Shown here piece after piece: positions 10,415 to 18,788 of a DNA stretch of 64,000 nucleotides; within the stretch, counting starts at the first letter, position 1; the number at the start of each line of letters is the position of its first letter. The DNA is taken from contig JBBAWM010000002.1 in NCBI GenBank assembly GCA_040397175.1, positions 32,001 to 96,000 on the forward strand, read 5' to 3'. This DNA is from Candidatus Limnocylindrus sp. GTDB taxonomy: Bacteria > Chloroflexota > Limnocylindria > Limnocylindrales > Limnocylindraceae. The position numbers and the translations under genes are program-made. The notes below the pieces were generated by a model. That model saw only the letters and a program-made list of their open reading frames with translations, was not told the DNA's origin and ran no database searches.

Positions 10415-11679
10415 GTCGCGAACTGAACGTCGTCGCTCGCCCTGCAGCCGACCGACCGGATCAGCTGCGACCGGTGCGTCGTGCGACTCCGAGCGTCTCC
10501 GTAGGCGGGGTGCTGGTCGGCTCAGCGCATCCGATCGTCGTGCAATCTATGACCAACACCGATACGGCAGACGCCGCTGGCACTGCTGCACAAGTCGCGC
10601 ATCTAGCGCGTGCGGGCAGTCAAATCGTGCGAGTTACGGTGAATAACGATGCGGCGGCCGCGGCGATTCCCGAGATCGTACAGCGACTTGCCGACGATGG
10701 GTTGACCACGCCGATCGTGGGCGACTTCCACTACAACGGCCACAAACTCCTCGCCGCCCATCCAAAGAGTGCCTCGCTGCTGGCGAAGTATCGAATTAAT
10801 CCAGGGAATGTGGGGAGCAAGCATCGCGATGAGAACTTCCAGACGATCGTGAAGGTAGCGATTGATCACGGCAAGCCTGTCCGGATTGGCGTGAATTGGG
10901 GATCGCTGGATCAAGACCTCCTGACGAAACTTATGGAAGAGAACGCCGCATCCACCACCCCGGCGAGCGCGCGAGCCGTGACGATTGAAGCGATCGTGCG
11001 CTCTGCAACTCAGTCGGCCGAACTCGCGGAGTCCACTGGGCTACCGCACGATCACATCCTGCTCTCCGCCAAGACTTCCAACGTGCGCGACCTGTTTGAC
11101 GTGTACACAGAGCTTGCGGGTCGGTGCGACTACCCGCTGCATCTCGGTCTCACCGAGGCGGGGATGGGGATGAAGGGGATCGTGGCCACGAGTGCCGCCC
11201 TCGGACATCTCTTGAACCAGGGAATCGGCGACACGATTCGCGTCTCGTTGACGCCGGAGCCAGGTGCTGACCGCGCGCTCGAAGTTGAAGTGGCGCAGCA
11301 GATCTTGCAGTCGCTCGGCCTTCGTGCCTTCTCGCCGCAAGTCACTTCGTGCCCAGGGTGCGGGCGCACGACGAGCACCTTCTTCCAAGAGATGGCGCAA
11401 GAGATCCAGGCGTATCTCAAGGCGCGCCTGCCAGAGTGGCGCCCGCTGCACCCTGGGGTCGAGAACCTTGAGGTCGCGGTGATGGGCTGTGTCGTCAACG
11501 GACCAGGGGAGTCGAAGCACGCGAACCTCGGGATCAGCCTGCCGGGAACATTCGAGGAGCCGGTTGCCCCCGTATTCCAGGACGGCGCCCTGCTCACTAC
11601 CCTCCGCGGCGATCGGATCGTGGCGGAGTTCCTAGAGATCCTCGAGCGCTACGTAGTGGCCCACTACCCAAAGAGCTAG
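10411..11679 (+). CDS. ispG: HMBPP synthase IspG (MEP pathway)
   Basis: [40 protein letters not shown]. Confidence 0.97.
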   Translation: MSRELNVVARPAADRPDQLRPVRRATPSVSVGGVLVGSAHPIVVQSMTNTDTADAAGTAAQVAHLARAGSQIVRVTVNNDAAAAAIPEIVQRLADDGLTTPIVGDFHYNGHKLLAAHPKSASLLAKYRINPGNVGSKHRDENFQTIVKVAIDHGKPVRIGVNWGSLDQDLLTKLMEENAASTTPASARAVTIEAIVRSATQSAELAESTGLPHDHILLSAKTSNVRDLFDVYTELAGRCDYPLHLGLTEAGMGMKGIVATSAALGHLLNQGIGDTIRVSLTPEPGADRALEVEVAQQILQSLGLRAFSPQVTSCPGCGRTTSTFFQEMAQEIQAYLKARLPEWRPLHPGVENLEVAVMGCVVNGPGESKHANLGISLPGTFEEPVAPVFQDGALLTTLRGDRIVAEFLEILERYVVAHYPKS

Positions 11680-11756
11680 CGCCAGTCGTCTTTGCGCTGA
11701 CGTGGGGCCCTCCCGGGAGGGGCACGAGCACGAAGGGGGGAGGCTCCGGATGCCCG

Positions 11757-11819
11757 TGGTATAGTTCCTGTAACAACGGCCGCCGAACGAGAGACGTGGG
11801 TGACCCCCACGTCTTTTTT
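11757..11819 (+). promoter_or_regulatory. Extended -10 (TGgTATAGT) and rimP-leader-like attenuator hairpin
   Basis: AGACGTGGG-TGACC-CCCACGTCT then T-tract at 11792-11819, upstream of nusA. Confidence 0.75.
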
Positions 11820-11852
11820 ATCGGGGTCGCAAGTACAGAAGGGAGGCGTGAC

Positions 11853-12923
11853 GTGAGCAAAGAGCTTGTGAGCGCCCTCATTCAGCTAGGCGCTGAGCGC
11901 GGTATCGATCGAGCTGCGGTGTTGCAGGCGGCAGAGGAGTCCTATGCGGTCGCCCTCAATCGCCGACACGCCTCATCCGACATCCACGTGCGCCTCGATC
12001 CTGAATCAGGGGCAATGCGGGTCTTCCGGGCCCGCCGAGTGGTCGACGAAGTCCTCGTTCTAGGTGCTGAATGGACGCCAGAAGAGGCCCAGGCCGCAAA
12101 GCCCGGCGCCGTGGTTGGTGACCTCATTGAACTGGAAGAGATGGACGGCGATATGGGCCGCATCGTTGCCGCCCAGGCGCGCCAGGCGCTCCAGCAGCGC
12201 CTCATCCAGATCCAGCGCGACCTGATCATGCAGTCGTTCGCGGAACGTGCCGGTGAGATTCTCACGGGTGTCGTGATGCGGGTCGACCGCCGCAACCTCG
12301 TCCTAGACGTGGGGAAGGCGGAGGCGTACCTGCCTGCCACTGAACAGTCGCAGCTCGACACCTTCCGCATCGGCGAGAACGTCAAGGCGCTTCTCCTTGA
12401 GGTGCGAACAACGGTACGTGGTCCCGAAATCCTTCTGACGCGTACGCATAAGAACTTCGTGAAGAAACTCTTCGAGCTTGAGGTTCCTGAACTGACAGCG
12501 GGAACGGTGGAGATCACCTCGATTGCTCGAGAGCCGGGAAGCCGCACCAAGATCGTTGTTGCAACGAAGCAGGTTGGTCTCGACCCGGTCGGCGCAGTTG
12601 TGGGCCAACGTGGTGCACGTGTGCAGGCTGTTGTTGAAGATCTTGGTGGCGAGAAGATCGACATCATCGCGCACACCGACGACGCAGCTGAGGCGATTGG
12701 GCGAGCCCTCTCACCAGCCCCCGTAGTCTCTGTCACGGTCGATGAAGCGGCAAAATCGGCAACCGTGGTAGTGCCCGAACGATCACTCTCGCTCGCGATC
12801 GGCGCTGGTGGGCAGAACGCTCGCCTCGCGGCGCGACTTACCGGTTTCCGAATCGACATTGCCAGTGATGGCAGTGGAGCTGCTGAAACGCCAACAGAAG
12901 CCCTAGCGGGCGAGGAGGCCTAA
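11853..12923 (+). CDS. nusA: Transcription termination factor NusA
   Basis: LFELEVPE, AREPGSRTK, GAVVGQRGARV, GEKIDI, SLAIGAGGQNARLA; GTG at 11853 after GGGAGG. Confidence 0.97.
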   Translation: MSKELVSALIQLGAERGIDRAAVLQAAEESYAVALNRRHASSDIHVRLDPESGAMRVFRARRVVDEVLVLGAEWTPEEAQAAKPGAVVGDLIELEEMDGDMGRIVAAQARQALQQRLIQIQRDLIMQSFAERAGEILTGVVMRVDRRNLVLDVGKAEAYLPATEQSQLDTFRIGENVKALLLEVRTTVRGPEILLTRTHKNFVKKLFELEVPELTAGTVEITSIAREPGSRTKIVVATKQVGLDPVGAVVGQRGARVQAVVEDLGGEKIDIIAHTDDAAEAIGRALSPAPVVSVTVDEAAKSATVVVPERSLSLAIGAGGQNARLAARLTGFRIDIASDGSGAAETPTEALAGEEA

Positions 12924-12924
12924 G

Positions 12925-13191
12925 ACGCCTGTCGCTCGTGCGCGTACCTGCGTGGCCTGCCGACGTACACAGCCGAGGGAGACGCTTGTGCGGTACGGAA
13001 CCTCCGCAGATGGAGGGGTGCGCATGGGCGCAGTCGGAGGTCGAGGGGCCTGGGTCTGCCAAAGCGGTGATGCAGCACACGACGCACTGATTGGTGACGG
13101 ATTACGACGAGGATTGAGGGGCCGGATTGCGACCACAGATCTCGAACAGATTGTCACTGAGCGGCAAAGTCAACGAATAGAGAGGGGGTAG
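12925..13191 (+). CDS. YlxR/RnpM (DUF448) RNA-binding protein; start uncertain (ACG 12925 or GTG 12952)
   Basis: RTCVACR, GRGAWVC motifs; nusA-ylxR-infB synteny. Confidence 0.8.
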   Translation, partial: TPVARARTCVACRRTQPRETLVRYGTSADGGVRMGAVGGRGAWVCQSGDAAHDALIGDGLRRGLRGRIATTDLEQIVTERQSQRIERG

Positions 13192-13194
13192 CAG

Positions 13195-15066
13195 ATGACG
13201 AAGCAGCGTAAGAGCATCCGTCCACCGCGCCCCGATCGCTTGCCTCCGGAGCCGAAGCCAGCGCGCGTTGCACAGGTGCATGATGGCATCCTCGAGTTGC
13301 CCGCCTCCATCGTCGTTGGCGATCTCGCAACGCTGCTCAAGGTAAATCCTGCCGATATTATCAATCCGCTCATTCGCAGCGGCGTGTTTGCAACCATGAA
13401 CCAGGGCATTGATCGCGAGACAGCCTCGCTCATTGCTACCGAGCTTGGCTTCACCGTCAAGGAGCCTGAGCCTGACGAAGATGAGGCTGCACCCGAGGCC
13501 ACCCCTGAAGCTGTACCCGCGGCAGCGAAAACTGAATTCTTCAGCGAAGATCCAGGCGCGACGCTCATCTCGCGCGCTCCGATCGTCACCGTGATGGGCC
13601 ACGTCGATCACGGTAAGACGAGCCTGCTGGATGCGCTGCGCAAGACGAGCGTTGCCGCAGGGGAGCGAGGCGGAATCACCCAACACCTTGGCGCCAGCCA
13701 GGTGCAGCGCGGCGATCGTTCGATTCTCTTCCTCGACACCCCAGGGCACGAGGCCTTTACGGCGATGCGAGCACGCGGTGCACGAGTCACGGATATTGCC
13801 ATCGTTGTGGTTGCCGCTGATGACGGTGTGATGCCGCAAACTAAAGAGGCGATTAGCCACGCCCGTGCAGCGAACGTCCCCATCATCATTGCGCTCAACA
13901 AGATCGATAAGCCCGATGCCAACCCGGATCGCGTGAAGACCGAGCTTGCGGAGTCGAATGTGGTCATCGAAGATTATGGCGGCGACGTACCGCTGGTTGC
14001 GGTATCCGCACGAACGGGCATTGGCCTCGACGACCTCCTGGACATGGTTCTCCTGGTCGCTGATCTCGGTGACTACAAGGCCGACGCGGCACGACTCGCG
14101 GTGGGCACGGTCATTGAGGCGCAGCGCGACAAGGGTCGTGGTCCAATTGCCACTGTGATCGTGCAGACGGGCACTCTCCGCGTTGGTGATCATATGGTCG
14201 TCGGTGCGATCTCAGGGAAGGTCCGCTCGCTCGAATCGACCGACGGGGGTCGCATCAAGGTGGCTGGCCCGTCGACCGCTGTGGTGGTGTCAGGTCTTCC
14301 TGAGGTCCCCGTTAGCGGTGAGATCTTCCGCATTGCGGCGGACGAGAAGGAGGCTCGCGCCTGGTCTGAAGCTGCAGCCGACGCTACCAGTGCCGGACGC
14401 GATAGTGGCCATGCGACGATGGAGGACCTCTACAAGCGTATCCAGTCTGGTGCCGGTAAAGAGGTTCGCGTAATCCTGAAATCGGATGTTGCTGGGTCAC
14501 TCGGCGCGATTGAGCACCAGCTTGAGAAGATGCAGAGCGATGAGGTGCGCATCAACGTGCTCCTCTCAGCCGCCGGGGAGATCACCGAGAACGACATTCT
14601 GCTGGCATCAGCATCGGATGCGATCGTTCTTGGCTTCACGACGACGTTGACCCCAGGTGCCCGCCGCATGGCCGAAACGAACAAGGTCGACGTGCGCCTC
14701 TACGAGATCATCTACGAACTCGCCGACGACATGAAGGCTGCACTCGAAGGGATGCTCGATCCAGAGAAGTCAGAAGTTGTCGAGGGGCGAGCCGAGGTGA
14801 AGCAGCTCTTCCCTGGGAAGGGCTTTGTCATCGCCGGCTCCATCATCCGTGAGGGGCGTGTCACACGCGGCGCAAAGGTGCGCGTCATGCGCGGCGGCAA
14901 TCTGGTTGCCAATGACGTGATCGAATCGCTCCGCCGTTTCCGTGATGACGTCCGTGAGGTCAAAGAGGGCCAGGAGTGCGGCATCGGGCTTGGAGCATCG
15001 GTCACCGTCCTCGAGGGTGACATCCTGGAGATCATCGGTGAGAAGTCCACGAGGCGGACCCTCTAA
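13195..15066 (+). CDS. infB: Translation initiation factor IF-2
   Basis: [27 protein letters not shown]. Confidence 0.98.
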   Translation: MTKQRKSIRPPRPDRLPPEPKPARVAQVHDGILELPASIVVGDLATLLKVNPADIINPLIRSGVFATMNQGIDRETASLIATELGFTVKEPEPDEDEAAPEATPEAVPAAAKTEFFSEDPGATLISRAPIVTVMGHVDHGKTSLLDALRKTSVAAGERGGITQHLGASQVQRGDRSILFLDTPGHEAFTAMRARGARVTDIAIVVVAADDGVMPQTKEAISHARAANVPIIIALNKIDKPDANPDRVKTELAESNVVIEDYGGDVPLVAVSARTGIGLDDLLDMVLLVADLGDYKADAARLAVGTVIEAQRDKGRGPIATVIVQTGTLRVGDHMVVGAISGKVRSLESTDGGRIKVAGPSTAVVVSGLPEVPVSGEIFRIAADEKEARAWSEAAADATSAGRDSGHATMEDLYKRIQSGAGKEVRVILKSDVAGSLGAIEHQLEKMQSDEVRINVLLSAAGEITENDILLASASDAIVLGFTTTLTPGARRMAETNKVDVRLYEIIYELADDMKAALEGMLDPEKSEVVEGRAEVKQLFPGKGFVIAGSIIREGRVTRGAKVRVMRGGNLVANDVIESLRRFRDDVREVKEGQECGIGLGASVTVLEGDILEIIGEKSTRRTL

Positions 15067-15068
15067 GC

Positions 15069-15491
15069 ATGTCTGAGCGGATGCCCCGTGTCGATGAGCT
15101 GCTTAGGGAAGAGATCAGTGCCCATATTGGCCGCTCACTCAGTGATCCACGGCTCGGCTTTGTGACCGTGACCTCTGTGTCAACATCACCAGACTTGCGG
15201 CACGCAAAAGTGTTTGTCAGCACTATCGGCAGTGAAGAACAACGAGTCGCCTCGCTTGCAGCGCTCAAGAGTGCCGCTTCTCACCTTCGCACCGTCATCG
15301 GCAAGGGGCTGCGTATTCGCCGCGTTCCTGACCTGCATTTCGAACTGGATGAGGCGGGCGATCGTGGCGCACGCATTCAGCAGCTACTGGGAAGCATTGC
15401 CGATGGAGGCCTCCCACCTGAGACGCTCTCGCCGCTTCCGGCTCCGACACGCACAGGAGTGGAAGAGAAGATCCGGAGGAGTAAGGGATGA
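15069..15491 (+). CDS. rbfA: Ribosome-binding factor A
   Basis: DPRLGFVTVT, SPDLRHAKVF, RRVPDLHF. Confidence 0.96.
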   Translation: MSERMPRVDELLREEISAHIGRSLSDPRLGFVTVTSVSTSPDLRHAKVFVSTIGSEEQRVASLAALKSAASHLRTVIGKGLRIRRVPDLHFELDEAGDRGARIQQLLGSIADGGLPPETLSPLPAPTRTGVEEKIRRSKG

Positions 15492-16555
15492 GCGAGCAGG
15501 GGATGGTGCACGCAGCGGAGTACCTCACCCGCGCGGGTAACTTGCAAGCGACCGCACGGGGCGCCGTCCCTGCAAATGTACTAGCGGCTTTACGTTCGGC
15601 AAAGCGGTTATGGGTTGTACCGCACGAGCGACCAGACGCCGACGCCCTTGGCGCCGCGCTCGGACTCAAGGCAATCCTCGGGCAGCTTGGCGCGGAGGTC
15701 GTCGTGATCAGCGCCGATGCTCCGCCTGCGGTATATGACGTCATCCCCACGATTCGTGAGGTTTCCCTTGAGGCACCAACCTGGGCCCCAGATGCGATCG
15801 TGCTGGTCGATTGCGCCGATCCAACGCGTGCCGGTCGCATTGGCGATCTCATCAACGCACTCCCAGCCTCAACGCCACGAATCCTGATCGATCACCATGT
15901 TTCCAACGAAACTACGTGGCCCATCGCTTGGGTTGATGCGCACGCCGCTGCAACCTGCGAAATGGTCAGTCTCATTGCGCTTGCGCTGAAAGCAGATCTC
16001 TCAGCAGACGACGGAAGGCTGGCCACGACGCTCGCGGCGGGCGTGATCATGGATACCGCCACCTTTCAACATGGCAACACGACTTCGCGGACCCTTGAAG
16101 TTGGCGGACTCCTTCTTGCGGCAGGTGCGCCGATCAGTGAGATCTCCCGAAAGATCTACCGTTCCAAGCCCCTGGCGCAGGTACAGCTGCACGCGCGTGT
16201 TTTGGCCAGCCTTGCTGCATCGGATGGGGGTCGCACCGTCTTCGCCACCATGACGCTCGGCGACCTGACGGAGTGCGGAGCCACGCTGGAAATGAGTGAA
16301 GGCATCGTTGACTCACTGGCACATGTGGCTGAGGCTGATGTGGCGATCTTCTTCAAGGAGGATGGCCCAGCCTCCGCGCGCATCTCCGTGCGGACGAAAG
16401 GGGAGGGACCCGACGCCACCGAGGTCGTTGGCGCATTCGGTGGTGGCGGTCATGCTCGCGCCGCGGGCGCGACCATTGGCCTCCCCGTTAACGAGGCCGT
16501 CACCTTGGTGCTGGCGCGCGTGACGGAGCTTCGCGCGCACGCTGTAGCGGGCTGA
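15488..16555 (+). CDS. nrnA: DHH/DHHA1 phosphoesterase (NrnA-like nanoRNase/pAp phosphatase)
   Basis: HERPDADALG, IDHH, MDT, GGGGHARAAG; rbfA-truB context. Confidence 0.88.
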   Translation: MSEQGMVHAAEYLTRAGNLQATARGAVPANVLAALRSAKRLWVVPHERPDADALGAALGLKAILGQLGAEVVVISADAPPAVYDVIPTIREVSLEAPTWAPDAIVLVDCADPTRAGRIGDLINALPASTPRILIDHHVSNETTWPIAWVDAHAAATCEMVSLIALALKADLSADDGRLATTLAAGVIMDTATFQHGNTTSRTLEVGGLLLAAGAPISEISRKIYRSKPLAQVQLHARVLASLAASDGGRTVFATMTLGDLTECGATLEMSEGIVDSLAHVAEADVAIFFKEDGPASARISVRTKGEGPDATEVVGAFGGGGHARAAGATIGLPVNEAVTLVLARVTELRAHAVAG

Positions 16556-16559
16556 GCGT

Positions 16560-17522
16560 ATGGCGCGGCGACGGCCGAGCACGCCGGGTATTGACGGGGT
16601 CCTTCTCGTCGATAAGCCAAATGGTCCGACGAGCCACGACATCGTTGCCAAGATTCGCCGCATGGCTGGGCAACCGCGTATCGGGCATGGCGGCACCCTC
16701 GACCCGTTTGCGACCGGACTCCTGGTGCTCGTCCTTGGCCGCGCAACTCGCCTGGCGAGCATGCATCTGGGCGGCGAGAAGCGCTACGAGGCGACCTTCT
16801 CGTTTGGCGGGGGAACCACTACCGATGATCTTGATGGCGAGCGCCTCGGTACTCCTGGCACACCACCCTCCCAGAAGGCCATTGAGGCCCTGCTGCCCCG
16901 CTACCGGGGCGTCCTAGAGCAGGTGCCGCCATCCCACTCGGCAAAGCGCACAGACGGCGTACGGGCATATGAGCGCGCACGAGCAGGGGAGGTGGTGGAG
17001 CTCGCACCACGCCCAATTGAAATCAAGCGATTTGAGATCCTTGGTTGGGACGACTCCCACGCCGACGAGCCGCTCATGCATGCCCGGCTTGATGTGAGCT
17101 CTGGTACCTACATTCGCGCCATTGCACGCGATCTCGGTCGCGACGCAGGGAGTGGCGCACACCTCGTCGCGCTGCGGCGCGTTGGTTCTGGTGTCTTTGC
17201 GGCTACCGAGGCGCACACCATGGAGCAGATTGCCGCCGCTGCACTGGCGGGCGAACTGCGCAACTTGCTGCTGCCGCTCGACGCTGGGCTCGACCACATC
17301 GCCGCAACGGAGGTGGGCGAAAAGGGTGCGGCACTGCTGCGCGATGGCATCGCACTCCCCGTCGGCATGCTGGACAGCGCCGGCCAGGAGACGGCAGAGG
17401 GGAGCCCCCTGCGGCTGTACGTCCACGGCGCGATCGCCGCGTTCGGTCGACGCACCGCATTCGGCGCACAACCTGAGCGCGTCTTCATTGAATCAAACGC
17501 GCTGGTAGGGCAACGCCTGTGA
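16560..17522 (+). CDS. truB: tRNA pseudouridine55 synthase
   Basis: DKPNGPTSHD, GHGGTLDPFATG, SSGTYIRA. Confidence 0.97.
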   Translation: MARRRPSTPGIDGVLLVDKPNGPTSHDIVAKIRRMAGQPRIGHGGTLDPFATGLLVLVLGRATRLASMHLGGEKRYEATFSFGGGTTTDDLDGERLGTPGTPPSQKAIEALLPRYRGVLEQVPPSHSAKRTDGVRAYERARAGEVVELAPRPIEIKRFEILGWDDSHADEPLMHARLDVSSGTYIRAIARDLGRDAGSGAHLVALRRVGSGVFAATEAHTMEQIAAAALAGELRNLLLPLDAGLDHIAATEVGEKGAALLRDGIALPVGMLDSAGQETAEGSPLRLYVHGAIAAFGRRTAFGAQPERVFIESNALVGQRL

Positions 17523-18358
17523 AGCGGGTGGTCGGCTGGAACGAGCTAGCGCTGGAGATGGCGCCAGGGGAGAACGCTGCGCCTGGTTCGGTTCTCACCC
17601 TCGGCATCTTCGATGGGCTCCACCGTGGCCATATGCGGCTGCTCGCCGCTGCCGAGCGACTGGCTCGGGCGGCGGGGCTCGAGCGCGTGCATATCGGCTT
17701 CACGCCACACCCTGATCAGCTGATTCGGGGCACAACCCCCCTCCAACTCCTTGATGTAGGGGAGCTCGAGCTCCGCATGGCGGGGGCGGGTGTCGACCTC
17801 TGGTGCGACCTGCCCTTCACTCCAGAGACGCGCGATACCCCCTGGGAGGAGTTCATCGAGCGTCTCGTCGGGGTGACCAAGGCGAAGGGGATCGTCCTCT
17901 CGCCAGAATCCGCATTTGGTCAGGGCCGCCAGGGGACGCTGCCTAACGTTCGAGCCTGGGGTGCCGTCCACGGCCTACAGGTGCACCCGGTCGCCGAAGC
18001 AACCGCTGGTGGGACCCCTATTCGTAGCACCCGCATCCGCGAGGCCATTGCCGGCGGGGACCTCACTGGGGCAGCGCGCCTCCTCGCGCGACCCTATGCC
18101 CTAGTCGGTAGGCTCCAGGGTGACCAGATCCACCTGCAGCGCCATGAGGCTGCCGTGCCGCCCCCAGGGGAGTACCGGGCTCGCGTTGGGGCAGCTGGGC
18201 GCCCTGAAGGACGCCTCCCCCTCGTAGGGCGGCTCACCACCGTGCGGGTGAGTTCCGATGGGCTGACGATCACGCTCGTGCGGCCCGAGGGCGCAGATCG
18301 ACGTTTTGAGGGGGGTCCGATGCGGGTCGCCCTGCTTGGGGAGAGCCTCCAAGCGTAG
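17519..18358 (+). CDS. ribF: FAD synthetase (FMN adenylyltransferase domain intact, riboflavin kinase domain degenerate)
   Basis: GIFDGLHRGH, F.PHP, IRSTRIR; no GRxxGFPTAN kinase motif. Confidence 0.85.
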   Translation: MKRVVGWNELALEMAPGENAAPGSVLTLGIFDGLHRGHMRLLAAAERLARAAGLERVHIGFTPHPDQLIRGTTPLQLLDVGELELRMAGAGVDLWCDLPFTPETRDTPWEEFIERLVGVTKAKGIVLSPESAFGQGRQGTLPNVRAWGAVHGLQVHPVAEATAGGTPIRSTRIREAIAGGDLTGAARLLARPYALVGRLQGDQIHLQRHEAAVPPPGEYRARVGAAGRPEGRLPLVGRLTTVRVSSDGLTITLVRPEGADRRFEGGPMRVALLGESLQA

Positions 18359-18442
18359 ATTTGCTACCCTATGTACATCCAAGATGTGATGAAGAGATGA
18401 GGGGTGCCCTTGGAGCACCTCCGATGTAAGGAGAAGTACCAC

Positions 18443-18712
18443 TTGCCACTAGACCAAGCAACAACCGCACGCATCGTTGCAGACAACGGGCGTCACGGTA
18501 CTGATACTGGGTCCGCAGACGTTCAGATCGCACTCCTGACGGAGCGCATTCAGGGACTGACCGCGCACCTGCAAACCTTTAAGCAGGACAACCATTCGCG
18601 CCGCGGGCTCTTGAAGCTCGTCGGTCAGCGACGTCGACTGCTGACATTTCTCAAGCGTGAAGATGCAGCGCGCTACGCCGCGCTCTCCGAGAAGCTCGGA
18701 CTTCGTCGCTAA
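18443..18712 (+). CDS. rpsO: 30S ribosomal protein S15
   Basis: [32 protein letters not shown]; TTG at 18443 after AAGGAG gives 89 aa. Confidence 0.97.
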   Translation: MPLDQATTARIVADNGRHGTDTGSADVQIALLTERIQGLTAHLQTFKQDNHSRRGLLKLVGQRRRLLTFLKREDAARYAALSEKLGLRR

Positions 18713-18788
18713 CCACCCCCTAGCCTCTGGCTGGGACTACATCGGCACGCGAACGGAAGAACCGTTGGCGGCCTGACAGGAGAACAGA

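Noticed and set aside
18713-18788. Riboswitch or ncRNA between rpsO and pnp
   Set aside because: Only two short hairpins and no recognisable aptamer; cannot support more than a possible processing site.
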